From an uncultured bacterium (GTDB lineage: Bacteria > Zixibacteria > MSB-5A5 > JAABVY01 > JAHJOQ01): 36,644 nt of DNA. A program made the translations under genes and the position numbers. Below are positions 18,852 through 28,638 of this stretch, piece after piece (position 1 is the stretch's first letter; the number at the start of each line of letters is the position of its first letter). The notes under the pieces are model-generated. The model saw only the letters and a list, made by a program, of their open reading frames with translations. It ran no database searches and was not told the DNA's origin. The stretch covers positions 1-36,644 of the forward strand of contig CBDUQR010000030.1 of assembly GCA_965369655.1 (NCBI GenBank), read 5' to 3'.

Positions 18852-20020
18852 TGGCGACGAAGACGATGACCATCAATATAGGGCCGCAGCATCCGGCCAC
18901 TCATGGCGTACTGCGGATCAAGTTAGAACTCGACGGCGAGACGGTCATCAGCGCGTATCCGATCATCGGATATCTGCATACCGGTATCGAGAAGACTGCG
19001 GAATCGAAGTATTACAGCAAAGCCATTCCACTTACCGACCGCATGGATTATCTCGCGCCGATGTCGAACAACCTCGGCTACTGCCTCGCGGTCGAGAAGT
19101 TGCTCGATATCGAGATACCAGAGAAAGCCCAGTGGGCGAGAGTCTGTCTCACAGAATTGACTCGGCTGAATTCGCACCTCGTCTGGATCGGCACTCACGC
19201 GCTCGACATCGGGGCGATGAGTATGCTGCTCTATGCTTTCCGCGAGCGCGAGAGTATCCTCGGCATATACGAACTGGTATCGGGGCAGAGGATGATGTCA
19301 ACGTATTTCCGCATCGGTGGCCTCGCGAATGACCTGCCACCCGATTTCAACGAGAAGGTGACGGAGATTCTTGATCTTTTCCCATCGCGGATAGACGAAT
19401 ATGAAGATCTCCTGACGAACAATCCGATCTGGCGCAACAGGACGATAGGCGTAGCGAAAATATCCCCCGAAGATGCGATCAAATGCGGTTTCACCGGTCC
19501 GCTTCTCAGGGCGTGCGGAATCAAGCACGATCTCAGGAAGACGAATCCATATTCATCGTACGAGAAGTTTGATTTTGATATACCAACCGATGATGGCTGC
19601 GATGTGTTTGCCCGGTACCTTGTTAAGCTCGTCGAAATGCGGCAGAGTCTGCGGATAATTAAGCAGGCGATTGACGGTATGCCGGAAGGGGCTTACAGGG
19701 CCGACGCCCCGGGGATAGTGCTGCCGCCGAAGGAGAGAGTGTTCTCTGAAATGGAAGCGCTGATCTTCCACTTCAAGATTATTACCGAAGGTTTTCATCC
19801 GCCAGTCGGGGAAGTTTATCAGGGAATCGAATCGCCCAAGGGCGAACTCGGTTTTTATATAGTATCCGACGGTGGACCATATCCTTATCGCATGCGTGTA
19901 AGGCCGCCCTGCTTCGTGCACACAGCGGCGCTTGGCAAACTGTGCAAGGGCGGACTTGTGGCTGATGTGATAGCGGCGATAGGTTCAATCGATATTGTAC
20001 TCGGCGAGGTCGACAGATGA
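18851..20020 (+). CDS. nuoD: NADH-quinone oxidoreductase subunit D
   Basis: NIGPQHPATHGVLR, GYLHTGIEK, ESPKGELG, DIVLGEVDR. No NiFe CxxC motifs. Confidence 0.98.
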   Translation: MATKTMTINIGPQHPATHGVLRIKLELDGETVISAYPIIGYLHTGIEKTAESKYYSKAIPLTDRMDYLAPMSNNLGYCLAVEKLLDIEIPEKAQWARVCLTELTRLNSHLVWIGTHALDIGAMSMLLYAFRERESILGIYELVSGQRMMSTYFRIGGLANDLPPDFNEKVTEILDLFPSRIDEYEDLLTNNPIWRNRTIGVAKISPEDAIKCGFTGPLLRACGIKHDLRKTNPYSSYEKFDFDIPTDDGCDVFARYLVKLVEMRQSLRIIKQAIDGMPEGAYRADAPGIVLPPKERVFSEMEALIFHFKIITEGFHPPVGEVYQGIESPKGELGFYIVSDGGPYPYRMRVRPPCFVHTAALGKLCKGGLVADVIAAIGSIDIVLGEVDR

Positions 20021-20493
20021 TTCTGACCGAGCAGACTGTTGAGAAGATCAGGGCGACGCTTCCTAAATATCCGGAAAGGTTGTCATGCATTCTACCCGCG
20101 CTGACGTTTGCCTGCAAGCAGGTCGGTCATCTCAACGAGGGTGTCTATCGAGAGATTGCGGATATCCTCGATATCGATGCGGTTCGCGTAGCTGAGGCGG
20201 CATCGTTCTACACGATGTTTCCCAAGAAGCCGGTCGGGAAGTTTTTCATACAGGTTTGTCATAATATAGCATGCTCTCTTCTCGGCGCCGAATCGCTCGT
20301 CGATTACCTGCTGCAGAAACTGAACGTCGAGCTTGGCGAGATTTCTGAAGATGGTTTGTTCACTGTTGTCACGGTCGAATGTCTCGGCTCGTGTACGACG
20401 GCTCCGATGATGCAGATCAACGACAAGTTCTATGAGAATCTGACTCGCGAGAAGGTCGATCAGATCATCGAAGAACTCAGAGGGCAGGGTTAG
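20017..20493 (+). CDS. nuoE: NADH-quinone oxidoreductase subunit E
   Basis: ASFYTMF; N1a ligands in VCHNIAC and ECLGSC..AP. Confidence 0.97.
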   Translation: MILTEQTVEKIRATLPKYPERLSCILPALTFACKQVGHLNEGVYREIADILDIDAVRVAEAASFYTMFPKKPVGKFFIQVCHNIACSLLGAESLVDYLLQKLNVELGEISEDGLFTVVTVECLGSCTTAPMMQINDKFYENLTREKVDQIIEELRGQG

Positions 20494-20497
20494 TTCG

Positions 20498-21784
20498 ATG
20501 GAGTTGAAAGTCCTGTTCAAGAACATTGATAATCCGAACCAGTACAAAGTCGATACGTACGTGTCGGGCGGCGGCTACAAGGCCTGGGAGAAATCTCTTA
20601 AGGAGATGAAACCGAAAGAAATCTGCGAAATCGTCAAGGCATCCGGCCTTCGCGGGCGGGGTGGCGCAGGTTTTCCGGCTGGTGTCAAGTGGGGTTTTGT
20701 ACCGCAGGACCTTCCGAAGCCGAAGTATCTTGTATGCAATGGCGATGAATCAGAGCCGGGTACATGCAAAGATCGTGTCCTGATGGAGAACGATCCGCAC
20801 ATGGTTGTCGAAGGCATGGCTATCGCAGCCTACGCGATTGGCGCGCACCGGGCGTATATATATATACGCGGAGAATTCGTGTTCCCAGCCAACAGAATGC
20901 GTGCCGCAATCGAGGAAGCGTATGCGAAGGGCTATCTTGGCAAGAACATATTCGGCACAGGTTACGACCTCGATATGACTGTCCACACCGGTGGAGGCGC
21001 TTATATATGCGGCGAAGAGACCGCGCTGCTGAATTCGCTCGAAGGCAGACGCGGGTTGTCGCGCATACGGCCTCCGTTCCCTGCTGTCGAGGGACTCTAT
21101 GCCTGTCCGACAGTCGTAAACAATGTCGAGACGCTGGCGAATGTCCCCGCGATAATCATGAACGGCGCCGACTGGTACAAAAACATCGGCACAGAAAAAT
21201 CCACCGGTACGCGGATATTCTGCCTGTCGGGGCATGTGAAGAATCCGGGCAACTATGAACTCGAACTCGGCACGCCACTGCGCCATCTCATATATGACAT
21301 CGGTGGTGGAATCCTCGACGACAAACCGCTCAAGGCTGTCATACCGGGCGGATCATCGACTCCGGTGATGACTCCCGACAAGCTCGACACTCCGATGGAT
21401 TTTGAATCGGTCGCAGAGGCTGGTTCGATGCTCGGTTCGTGCGGCGTGATAGTCATGCACGAAGATACCTGCATGGTCTGGGCGGCGAAAGTGCTCGCAT
21501 ATTTCTATATGCACGAGTCGTGCGGAAAATGCACGCCGTGCCGCATGGGTACGCAATGGATGTACCAGATACTCGACCGAATCGAGCGGGGAGACGGCAG
21601 GGAAGGGGACATCGATCTGTTGCTGGATGTCTGCGATAATATCGAAGGGCAGACCATCTGTCCATTGGGCGATGCCGCAGCGATGCCGGTGCGGGGGTTT
21701 GTGAAAACCTTCAGGGAAGAATTTGAATATCACATCGAGCACAAGAAGTGCATGGTGGAGAATAAGTTTCCGAGTTTCATGTAA
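20498..21784 (+). CDS. nuoF: NADH-quinone oxidoreductase subunit F
   Basis: LRGRGGAGFP, NGDESEPG, AYICGEETAL; N3 ligands in ESCGKCTPCR..ICPLG. Confidence 0.98.
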   Translation: MELKVLFKNIDNPNQYKVDTYVSGGGYKAWEKSLKEMKPKEICEIVKASGLRGRGGAGFPAGVKWGFVPQDLPKPKYLVCNGDESEPGTCKDRVLMENDPHMVVEGMAIAAYAIGAHRAYIYIRGEFVFPANRMRAAIEEAYAKGYLGKNIFGTGYDLDMTVHTGGGAYICGEETALLNSLEGRRGLSRIRPPFPAVEGLYACPTVVNNVETLANVPAIIMNGADWYKNIGTEKSTGTRIFCLSGHVKNPGNYELELGTPLRHLIYDIGGGILDDKPLKAVIPGGSSTPVMTPDKLDTPMDFESVAEAGSMLGSCGVIVMHEDTCMVWAAKVLAYFYMHESCGKCTPCRMGTQWMYQILDRIERGDGREGDIDLLLDVCDNIEGQTICPLGDAAAMPVRGFVKTFREEFEYHIEHKKCMVENKFPSFM

Positions 21785-24400
21785 ATGGATGAGATCAAGC
21801 TGACCATAGACGGCAGGGAAGTGACGACGACTGCCGGCAAGACGATCCTTGATGCCGCGCTGGATAACGGCATCGATATACCGACGTTTTGCTGGCACGC
21901 GAAGTTGAAGTCTATCGGCGCATGTCGTGTCTGCTTAGTCGAAATCGAGGGCTGGCCCAAACTCCAGGTCTCATGCGCGACACAGGCTTCCGATGGAATG
22001 ATCGTCCATGTCAACAACGAGCGCGTCACCAAAGCTCGGCAAGCTGTGATTGAATTCATACTGCTGAATCATCCATTGGATTGTCCGACATGTGACAAGG
22101 GCGGCGAGTGCCCGCTTCAGAATGTCACGTTCAAATACGGCGTGGATCGCTCTCGGACTATCGAGCCGAGACAGAGATTCATTGTCGATGAAAACTCGAC
22201 ATTCGATGATCTGCCGATTGGTCCGGAAATCATCCGGAATCAGAACAGGTGCATTCATTGTTACAGGTGTACGCGTATTGTCGAGGAAATCTGTGAAGAA
22301 GATGATCTCGGCGCATTCAATCGAGGTCATGGCACCGAGATTCTTCCGCCACCCGGCCGCGAAATCAGGAATATCTACTCCGGCAATGTCGTCGAGAACT
22401 GCCCGGTCGGTGCGTTGACGAATCGCGACTGGCGATACAAGATACGTGTCTGGGACACGAAACAGAAAAAGACCATCTGCAATTTTTGCTCTGATAATTG
22501 TAACCTCACAGCATGGGTTGCTCGCGACAAGATATTCAGATGTACCTCGCGCCGGAACGATCGAATCGATGAAGGCTTCATTTGCGACATCGGGCGTTAC
22601 GGTTATCAGTACGCGCAACATCCCGACCGCCTCAAGTCCCCTATGATACGAAAGGGCGGAGAACTGGTCGACTGCACCTGGGCCGAGGCTTATGATGCGA
22701 TTGCGAAGAAGATTGTATCGGTCAGCGAGAAGCTTGGACCGCAGGGAATAGCGGCGCTTGTCGGCAAGGATAACTCGAATGAGGATTACTACATTCTCGG
22801 CAGATTCATGCGGACCGTTGTCGGCTCCAACTCGATAGATCACAGGTTGTCGCGTAAGAAAAAGCTTTCATATTTTGATGACGTGATGAAGCTTGGTATT
22901 TCTGAAAGCGATCTTTCGTTTGATGATCTGGAGAAATATGATCGGTTCGTCATAATCGGCTGTGACCTGCACACTGAGAATCCGATAACCGCACTCCGGT
23001 TGCTGAAGGCGAAAAGCTACAATTCCGCGGAAATCACTCTCCTGAATCCTGCACCGACAAGGCTCTCCCGTTCGGGCGACGAGTTGATCTACGGCATCGA
23101 TTCCGAGATCGATATACTCACAGGGCTGACGAGATACATCCTGCAAGAGCGACTGTCCGTCGCAGGCGGGGCTGCGCTCGATTATAGCGATGTCAATGCA
23201 TTCTGCAGTCACACAGCGGCATTCTCACTCGAACATGTCAGCCAGAAAAGCGGCATTGCTGCTGAGGGTCTTAAATTGCTTGCGAAGGCTATCGCAAAGA
23301 GCGAGAACACGTTGTTTATTGTCGGCTCACAGATTGCTCGTCACTATCAGCGTGATACCATATTGAAGGCGATATACAATCTCGCGCTTATCATCGGGAA
23401 TCCGAAATCCGAGCACACTCCGATACTGCTGCTCCAGCCGGGCGCAAATCGCAGAGGCTGCCGCATTTTTGGAATGGAGCCGGACAGGCTGCCGCTGAAT
23501 CGTGCGTTCAACGAAAAAGATTCTCTCCGCTCGGTCTGGAAGAAAGAAGTTCCCGATCGTGAGGGAGTTGATACTCTCGACATTCTCCGTCAGATCAATG
23601 ACAGTAAAGTCGAACTCGCATTCGTTGTCGGTGCGGATCCATTGACAATCTATCCCGACGCCGAATTTGTCTGCACATCTCTCAGCAAGCTCGACACACT
23701 TGTTGTCGCGGATCTCTATCTGACTGAGACAGCCAAAGCCGCAGACATTGTGCTTCCGATGTCGAGTTGCATGGAGACCTCCGGGAGTCTTTGCAACTGG
23801 GAAAATAGGATTCAGACATTCGAGCAGGTGATTAAACCTGTCATGGATTCAAAGCCGGCCTGGAGAATATTCGCCGATCTGGCCGCCGTGCTCGATGCCG
23901 ATTTCGGATTGGATTCAAGCGAGGCTGTCTTCGATGAGTTCAGCAAACTTATGCCTGACGGATCGGCATGCGAATTCGCCTCCATTCCGGAGGAAGGATT
24001 GAGGCTGAAAACAGGCGCGGCTCTCGACAGGTCCGCAGGCCTTCAGGCGATTGTCAGGAAAGAGCCGGAAGTCGACAGCGAACAGGGCGTATATCTTCTC
24101 AGCGGCAACGGAGATCACCACTTGGGCCGCAATCGAACGATACGATCCGACAGCCTGAATCGCTTCTTGAGTGAGCCATTCATCGGTCTCTCGGAGAAGA
24201 CAGCCGCTGATCTTGCGCTCTCCGAAGGTGATCTGGCAAAGATCGAGAACAAGTCTGGCAAGCTGATCGGTACAGTCAGGTATCTGACGGGTCTCAGGGA
24301 TGACGTCGTCTGGATTCCGGACAACTTCCCGGGGATGTCGGCGAATGTGTTGAGAAGCCGCAAGTACGATATCGACAAGGTAACGGTTGTGAAGGTTTGA
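21785..24400 (+). CDS. nuoG: NADH-quinone oxidoreductase subunit G (long form with N7 motif)
   Basis: GACRVCLVE, NHPLDCPTCDKGGEC, RCIHCYRC..CPVGAL, CNFCSDNC..ICDIGR; molybdopterin-oxidoreductase-like C-terminus. Confidence 0.96.
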   Translation: MDEIKLTIDGREVTTTAGKTILDAALDNGIDIPTFCWHAKLKSIGACRVCLVEIEGWPKLQVSCATQASDGMIVHVNNERVTKARQAVIEFILLNHPLDCPTCDKGGECPLQNVTFKYGVDRSRTIEPRQRFIVDENSTFDDLPIGPEIIRNQNRCIHCYRCTRIVEEICEEDDLGAFNRGHGTEILPPPGREIRNIYSGNVVENCPVGALTNRDWRYKIRVWDTKQKKTICNFCSDNCNLTAWVARDKIFRCTSRRNDRIDEGFICDIGRYGYQYAQHPDRLKSPMIRKGGELVDCTWAEAYDAIAKKIVSVSEKLGPQGIAALVGKDNSNEDYYILGRFMRTVVGSNSIDHRLSRKKKLSYFDDVMKLGISESDLSFDDLEKYDRFVIIGCDLHTENPITALRLLKAKSYNSAEITLLNPAPTRLSRSGDELIYGIDSEIDILTGLTRYILQERLSVAGGAALDYSDVNAFCSHTAAFSLEHVSQKSGIAAEGLKLLAKAIAKSENTLFIVGSQIARHYQRDTILKAIYNLALIIGNPKSEHTPILLLQPGANRRGCRIFGMEPDRLPLNRAFNEKDSLRSVWKKEVPDREGVDTLDILRQINDSKVELAFVVGADPLTIYPDAEFVCTSLSKLDTLVVADLYLTETAKAADIVLPMSSCMETSGSLCNWENRIQTFEQVIKPVMDSKPAWRIFADLAAVLDADFGLDSSEAVFDEFSKLMPDGSACEFASIPEEGLRLKTGAALDRSAGLQAIVRKEPEVDSEQGVYLLSGNGDHHLGRNRTIRSDSLNRFLSEPFIGLSEKTAADLALSEGDLAKIENKSGKLIGTVRYLTGLRDDVVWIPDNFPGMSANVLRSRKYDIDKVTVVKV

Positions 24401-24401
24401 G

Positions 24402-25385
24402 ATGGACTGGGTAGCAATAGTCATAATAGCCGTCAAAGTCGTCGTGGTCTTTGCCGTACTTCTGACAGGCTGCGCATGGATGACATGGCTCGAACGCAAG
24501 CTTGTCGCTCGGATACAGACCAGGCTCGGTCCGATGAATGCTGGCTATCAGGGACTTCTCCAGCCGATCGCGGATATGATCAAGTTGTTGCTCAAAGATG
24601 ACATCTCTCCGAAGCATGTCGACAAAATGATCTATGCGCTCGCTCCGTTGGCGGCGTTCATCCCCGCCACTCTTTCGATTGCTGTCGTTCCGTTCGGGGA
24701 CAACATCGAGTTGTTCGGCAGGAATATCGATCTCGTCATATCGAATCTGAACATCGGAATACTCTATGTACTGGCTGTGACTTCAATAGGTGTGTATGCG
24801 ATTGTGATGGCGGGATGGTCGTCGAATTCCAAATACTCACTCCTCGGAGGTATCCGGTCTGCGGCGCAGATGATCTCATACGAGATCGGGTTGGGCCTCG
24901 CGATTGTTGCGGTTGTGTTGATAACGGGAACAGTGAATCTGGTTGAGATCGTCAATCAGCAGAGTTCGATCCTCCAGTGGAATTTCTTCGCGAACCCTGT
25001 TGCATTCCTGATCTACTTCATCTGTGCTGTCGCCGAGACAAACCGGAATCCGTTCGATCTTCCGGAGGCCGAGAGCGAGCTTGTCGCGGGGTATTTCACG
25101 GAGTATTCATCGATGAAGTTCGGGATGTTCTTCGTTGGCGAGTATGCGAATATGATAACGGTCGGCGCTATCGCGACCACGCTTTTCTTTGGCGGATGGC
25201 AGGGACCGTTCCTGCCGCCGGTCGTATGGTTTGTCATCAAGGTGGCGGCGTTCATGGTCATTTACATTTGGTCAAGGGGAACACTTCCGCGATTCCGTTA
25301 TGATCAACTGATGAATTTTGGATGGAAAGTGATACTCCCGGTGGCGATCCTGAATGTTCTCGTAACGGCGTTCTTTAAGATGTAG
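24402..25385 (+). CDS. nuoH: NADH-quinone oxidoreductase subunit H
   Basis: ERK..IQ.RLGP, LLQPIAD..KL, ETNRNPFDLPEAESELV.G, PRFRYDQLM. Confidence 0.98.
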   Translation: MDWVAIVIIAVKVVVVFAVLLTGCAWMTWLERKLVARIQTRLGPMNAGYQGLLQPIADMIKLLLKDDISPKHVDKMIYALAPLAAFIPATLSIAVVPFGDNIELFGRNIDLVISNLNIGILYVLAVTSIGVYAIVMAGWSSNSKYSLLGGIRSAAQMISYEIGLGLAIVAVVLITGTVNLVEIVNQQSSILQWNFFANPVAFLIYFICAVAETNRNPFDLPEAESELVAGYFTEYSSMKFGMFFVGEYANMITVGAIATTLFFGGWQGPFLPPVVWFVIKVAAFMVIYIWSRGTLPRFRYDQLMNFGWKVILPVAILNVLVTAFFKM

Positions 25386-25879
25386 TGTTGAATAAGATGA
25401 TTGAGTTTATCAAAAGATACTTTTTTGCGATACCGATAGGTTTCTTCACGACGCTGAAGAATATGCTGCGCAAGCCTGTCACTTTCCAGTATCCGAAGGA
25501 AAAAGTCCCGATGTATCCCCGGTATCGAGGACTGCATTTCCTCGAACGTTACGATGACGGCTCCGAACGCTGCGTCTGCTGCGGGCTTTGCGCGGCGGCA
25601 TGCCCGGCTGACGCGATCTTCATGGTGCCGGAGGAGACCGAGAAGGGCGAACGGAAGGCGACAGCGTACGAGATTAACATGCTCAGGTGCATCTTCTGCG
25701 GCTTCTGCGAAGAAGCCTGCCCCGAGGAGGCGATATTCCTCGGTATGGAGTATGAGTTTTCAGATGACGACAGAAGTAAGTTCATATATACTAAGGACGA
25801 TCTGCTTGTGAAGTGGCCGCGAACGAAGCCGTCTGCGGTCAATTTCATCAGGAAGAAACGCAGATCGTTTATGGAATAG
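25385..25879 (+). CDS. nuoI: NADH-quinone oxidoreductase subunit I (start may be ATG 25397)
   Basis: CVCCGLCAAACP and CIFCGFCEEACP; VTFQYP. Confidence 0.97.
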   Translation: MLNKMIEFIKRYFFAIPIGFFTTLKNMLRKPVTFQYPKEKVPMYPRYRGLHFLERYDDGSERCVCCGLCAAACPADAIFMVPEETEKGERKATAYEINMLRCIFCGFCEEACPEEAIFLGMEYEFSDDDRSKFIYTKDDLLVKWPRTKPSAVNFIRKKRRSFME

Positions 25880-25888
25880 GATCGCTCG

Positions 25889-26389
25889 TTGGAACTGCTC
25901 ATTTTCGCTCTCGCCGCATTCACCTCGGTTGCGAGTTGTATTCTGGTTATATTCCAGAAGGATCCGGTCAGGGCAGCGCTTTTTCTGGTAATGGCGTTCT
26001 TCTCACAGGCGATCCTGTTTGTGCTGCTCAGCGGGTTATTTATAGCTGCGCTTCAAATAATCATTTACGCAGGCGCGATCATGATACTGTTTCTGTTTAT
26101 CATCATGCTTCTGAATTTACGTCGAGATGAATTCGGCAGGGATCAGCACCCGTTCCAGCGAATCGTGGCATTTGTATTCGCAGGTATTCTTGCCATCGAA
26201 TTGGTTCTCGTCGCTTCGCGCGGCACGGGCGAGGCCGCGTGCGATCTTCCTCCCGATTTTGGATCGGTGGAATCGATCGGAGAGTTGCTTTTCACGAAGT
26301 ATCTCCTGCCATTCGAGGCGACTTCCATGCTGTTGATGGCTGCGATACTGGGCGCGGTGGTGCTCGCGAAAAAGAGACTGGATAGCTGA
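25889..26389 (+). CDS. nuoJ: NADH-quinone oxidoreductase subunit J
   Basis: [31 protein letters not shown]. Confidence 0.96.
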   Translation: MELLIFALAAFTSVASCILVIFQKDPVRAALFLVMAFFSQAILFVLLSGLFIAALQIIIYAGAIMILFLFIIMLLNLRRDEFGRDQHPFQRIVAFVFAGILAIELVLVASRGTGEAACDLPPDFGSVESIGELLFTKYLLPFEATSMLLMAAILGAVVLAKKRLDS

Positions 26390-26390
26390 T

Positions 26391-26693
26391 ATGGTGCCTT
26401 TGGAATATTACCTGGTGCTCTCGGGCGTGATCTTCGCGATTGGCGTTCTTGGAGTGCTGACATCGCGGAACCTGATTGTGATCTTCATGTCGATTGAGAT
26501 AATGCTGAACGCGGGCAACCTTGCGTTCATTGCATTCTCCCGCTCGCTCGTCGATGTGTCGGGACATATATTTGTATTCATAGTGTTTGCGGTCGCGGCT
26601 GCCGAAGCGGCGGTCGGCCTGGCGATAATCATAGCGGTGTTCAGGAACAGGGAAACGATCAATGCTGATGAATTCAACATCATGCGCTGGTAG
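26391..26693 (+). CDS. nuoK: NADH-quinone oxidoreductase subunit K
   Basis: [28 protein letters not shown]. Confidence 0.97.
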   Translation: MVPLEYYLVLSGVIFAIGVLGVLTSRNLIVIFMSIEIMLNAGNLAFIAFSRSLVDVSGHIFVFIVFAVAAAEAAVGLAIIIAVFRNRETINADEFNIMRW

Positions 26694-26705
26694 GGGAACG
26701 ACAAG

Positions 26706-28637
26706 TTGAGCGAATTGATCTGGTTGATACCGTTCGCGCCGCTGGTCGGGTTTCTGATCAACGGCCTCGTCGGTAACAGGCTTCCGAAGCCGGTCGTGAC
26801 CGTCATTGCGTGCGGGTCGGTATTCGTTTCACTCGTGCTCTCTGTCGCCGCGTTTATCAAGCTGCTGGGCATGGATGCGGAGCATCGAGTCATCGAGCAG
26901 ATGCTTTTCTCCTGGATACCGTCCGGATCGTTCCAGGCGGATGTCTCGTTCCTGCTCGATCCGCTCTCAGCCGTGATGATTCTCGTCGTGTCGGGAGTCA
27001 GTTTCCTGATTCATGTCTACTCGATTGGCTACATGTCACACGACCCGGAATACTCTCGCTTCTTTACGTACATGAATCTTTTCGCCGGCTCGATGCTGCT
27101 GCTTGTGCTGGCAGATAATTTCCTGCTGATGTATGTCGGGTGGGAGGCAGTCGGTCTCTGTTCATATCTGCTGATCGGATTCTGGTACAAGAAGAAATCG
27201 GCTGCAGACGCTGGCAAGAAGGCTTTCATCGTTAATCGAATCGGCGATTTTGGGTTCGCGCTCGGAATGATGCTGATCTTCTGGACTTTCGGCTCGCTGA
27301 ATTTTACGGAGGTCTTCGACACGGCCGCGGATTCATATCGTATCGGCAGTTCGGTTATCACATGGATTACGCTCCTGCTGTTCATCGGAGCGATCGGCAA
27401 GTCGGCGCAGATACCGTTGTATGTCTGGCTGCCGGACGCGATGGAAGGTCCCACTCCGGTATCCGCGCTCATCCATGCTGCGACGATGGTAACTGCGGGC
27501 GTATACATGGTCGCGCGCTGCAACGTGCTGTTCGTACTTGCGCCGACATCTCTGCTGGTTGTTGCGGTCGTCGGTGTGGTGACTGCGATTTTCGCCGCGA
27601 CTATGGGTCTCGCGCAGAATGACATCAAGAGGGTTCTGGCATACTCTACGATTTCACAGCTCGGGTACATGTTCCTCGCGTGCGGCGTTGCGGCGTTTTC
27701 GGCGGGCATCTTTCATCTGATGACACACGCGTTTTTCAAGGCGTTGCTGTTCCTCGGCGCCGGTTCTGTTATCCATGCTATGTCTGATGAACAGGACATG
27801 CGGAATATGGGCGGTCTCAGATCGAAGATCAAAGTGACATACTGGACTATGTTTTTTGCGACGTTCGCCATCTGCGGCATTCCGGGATTTTCGGGCTTTT
27901 TCTCGAAGGACGAGATTCTCTGGAAGTCATTCTCCTCGCCGCACGGCAACACGCTGTTCTGGATAATCGGTGTCGCTACTGCAGGCCTGACTGCGTTCTA
28001 CATGTTCCGATTGATATTCATGACTTTCTATGGCAAGCCAAGATACAACAAGCACACGGCCGAGCATTTGCACGAATCGCCGAAAAACATGCTGTTCGCA
28101 CTCGTGTCGCTGGCGGTTCTTTCGATAGCGGGCGGATGGATCGGCATTCCCGCGGCTCTCGGTGGCGCAAATCATTTCGAGCATTTCCTGCATCCTGTAT
28201 TCGCGCAGGGAGAATCATTGGTGCAGGGACACGCCGCGCATTATGCGCATTCGACAGAGTATCTGTTGATGGCGATCTCGGTGATTCTCGTGCTGGCGTC
28301 AATTTACTTTGCATATCTGTGTTATGTGAGACGTCCGGAACTTGCCACGAATCTGAAGAAGCGCATATCCGGTCTGCACAAGATTATATACAACAAGTAT
28401 TACGTGGATGAAATCTACGCCGCGTTGATTGTCAAACCTGTGGTGAACATCTCGCTCTTTCTCTGGAAAGTGTTCGATGTTGCGATTATCGACGGCATCG
28501 TGAACGGGCTGGCATCGACGGTAAAATCGTTCTCGAATTCGGGACGACTCATTCAGACCGGATACCTGCGAAACTATGCGCTGATGTTCGTGGGTGGAGC
28601 GATTGTCATCCTGGCGTATTTCATAGCGATGAGGTAG
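26706..28637 (+). CDS. nuoL: NADH-quinone oxidoreductase subunit L
   Basis: GWEAVGLCSYLLIGF, GKSAQIPL.VWLPDAMEGPTPVSALIHAATMV, HAFFKALLF. Confidence 0.98.
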   Translation: MSELIWLIPFAPLVGFLINGLVGNRLPKPVVTVIACGSVFVSLVLSVAAFIKLLGMDAEHRVIEQMLFSWIPSGSFQADVSFLLDPLSAVMILVVSGVSFLIHVYSIGYMSHDPEYSRFFTYMNLFAGSMLLLVLADNFLLMYVGWEAVGLCSYLLIGFWYKKKSAADAGKKAFIVNRIGDFGFALGMMLIFWTFGSLNFTEVFDTAADSYRIGSSVITWITLLLFIGAIGKSAQIPLYVWLPDAMEGPTPVSALIHAATMVTAGVYMVARCNVLFVLAPTSLLVVAVVGVVTAIFAATMGLAQNDIKRVLAYSTISQLGYMFLACGVAAFSAGIFHLMTHAFFKALLFLGAGSVIHAMSDEQDMRNMGGLRSKIKVTYWTMFFATFAICGIPGFSGFFSKDEILWKSFSSPHGNTLFWIIGVATAGLTAFYMFRLIFMTFYGKPRYNKHTAEHLHESPKNMLFALVSLAVLSIAGGWIGIPAALGGANHFEHFLHPVFAQGESLVQGHAAHYAHSTEYLLMAISVILVLASIYFAYLCYVRRPELATNLKKRISGLHKIIYNKYYVDEIYAALIVKPVVNISLFLWKVFDVAIIDGIVNGLASTVKSFSNSGRLIQTGYLRNYALMFVGGAIVILAYFIAMR

Positions 28638-28638
28638 G

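Noticed and set aside
17818-20020. Group 4 NiFe hydrogenase instead of complex I
   Set aside because: NuoD lacks the CxxC Ni ligands, NuoB has the tandem CC motif, and NuoEFG are all present.
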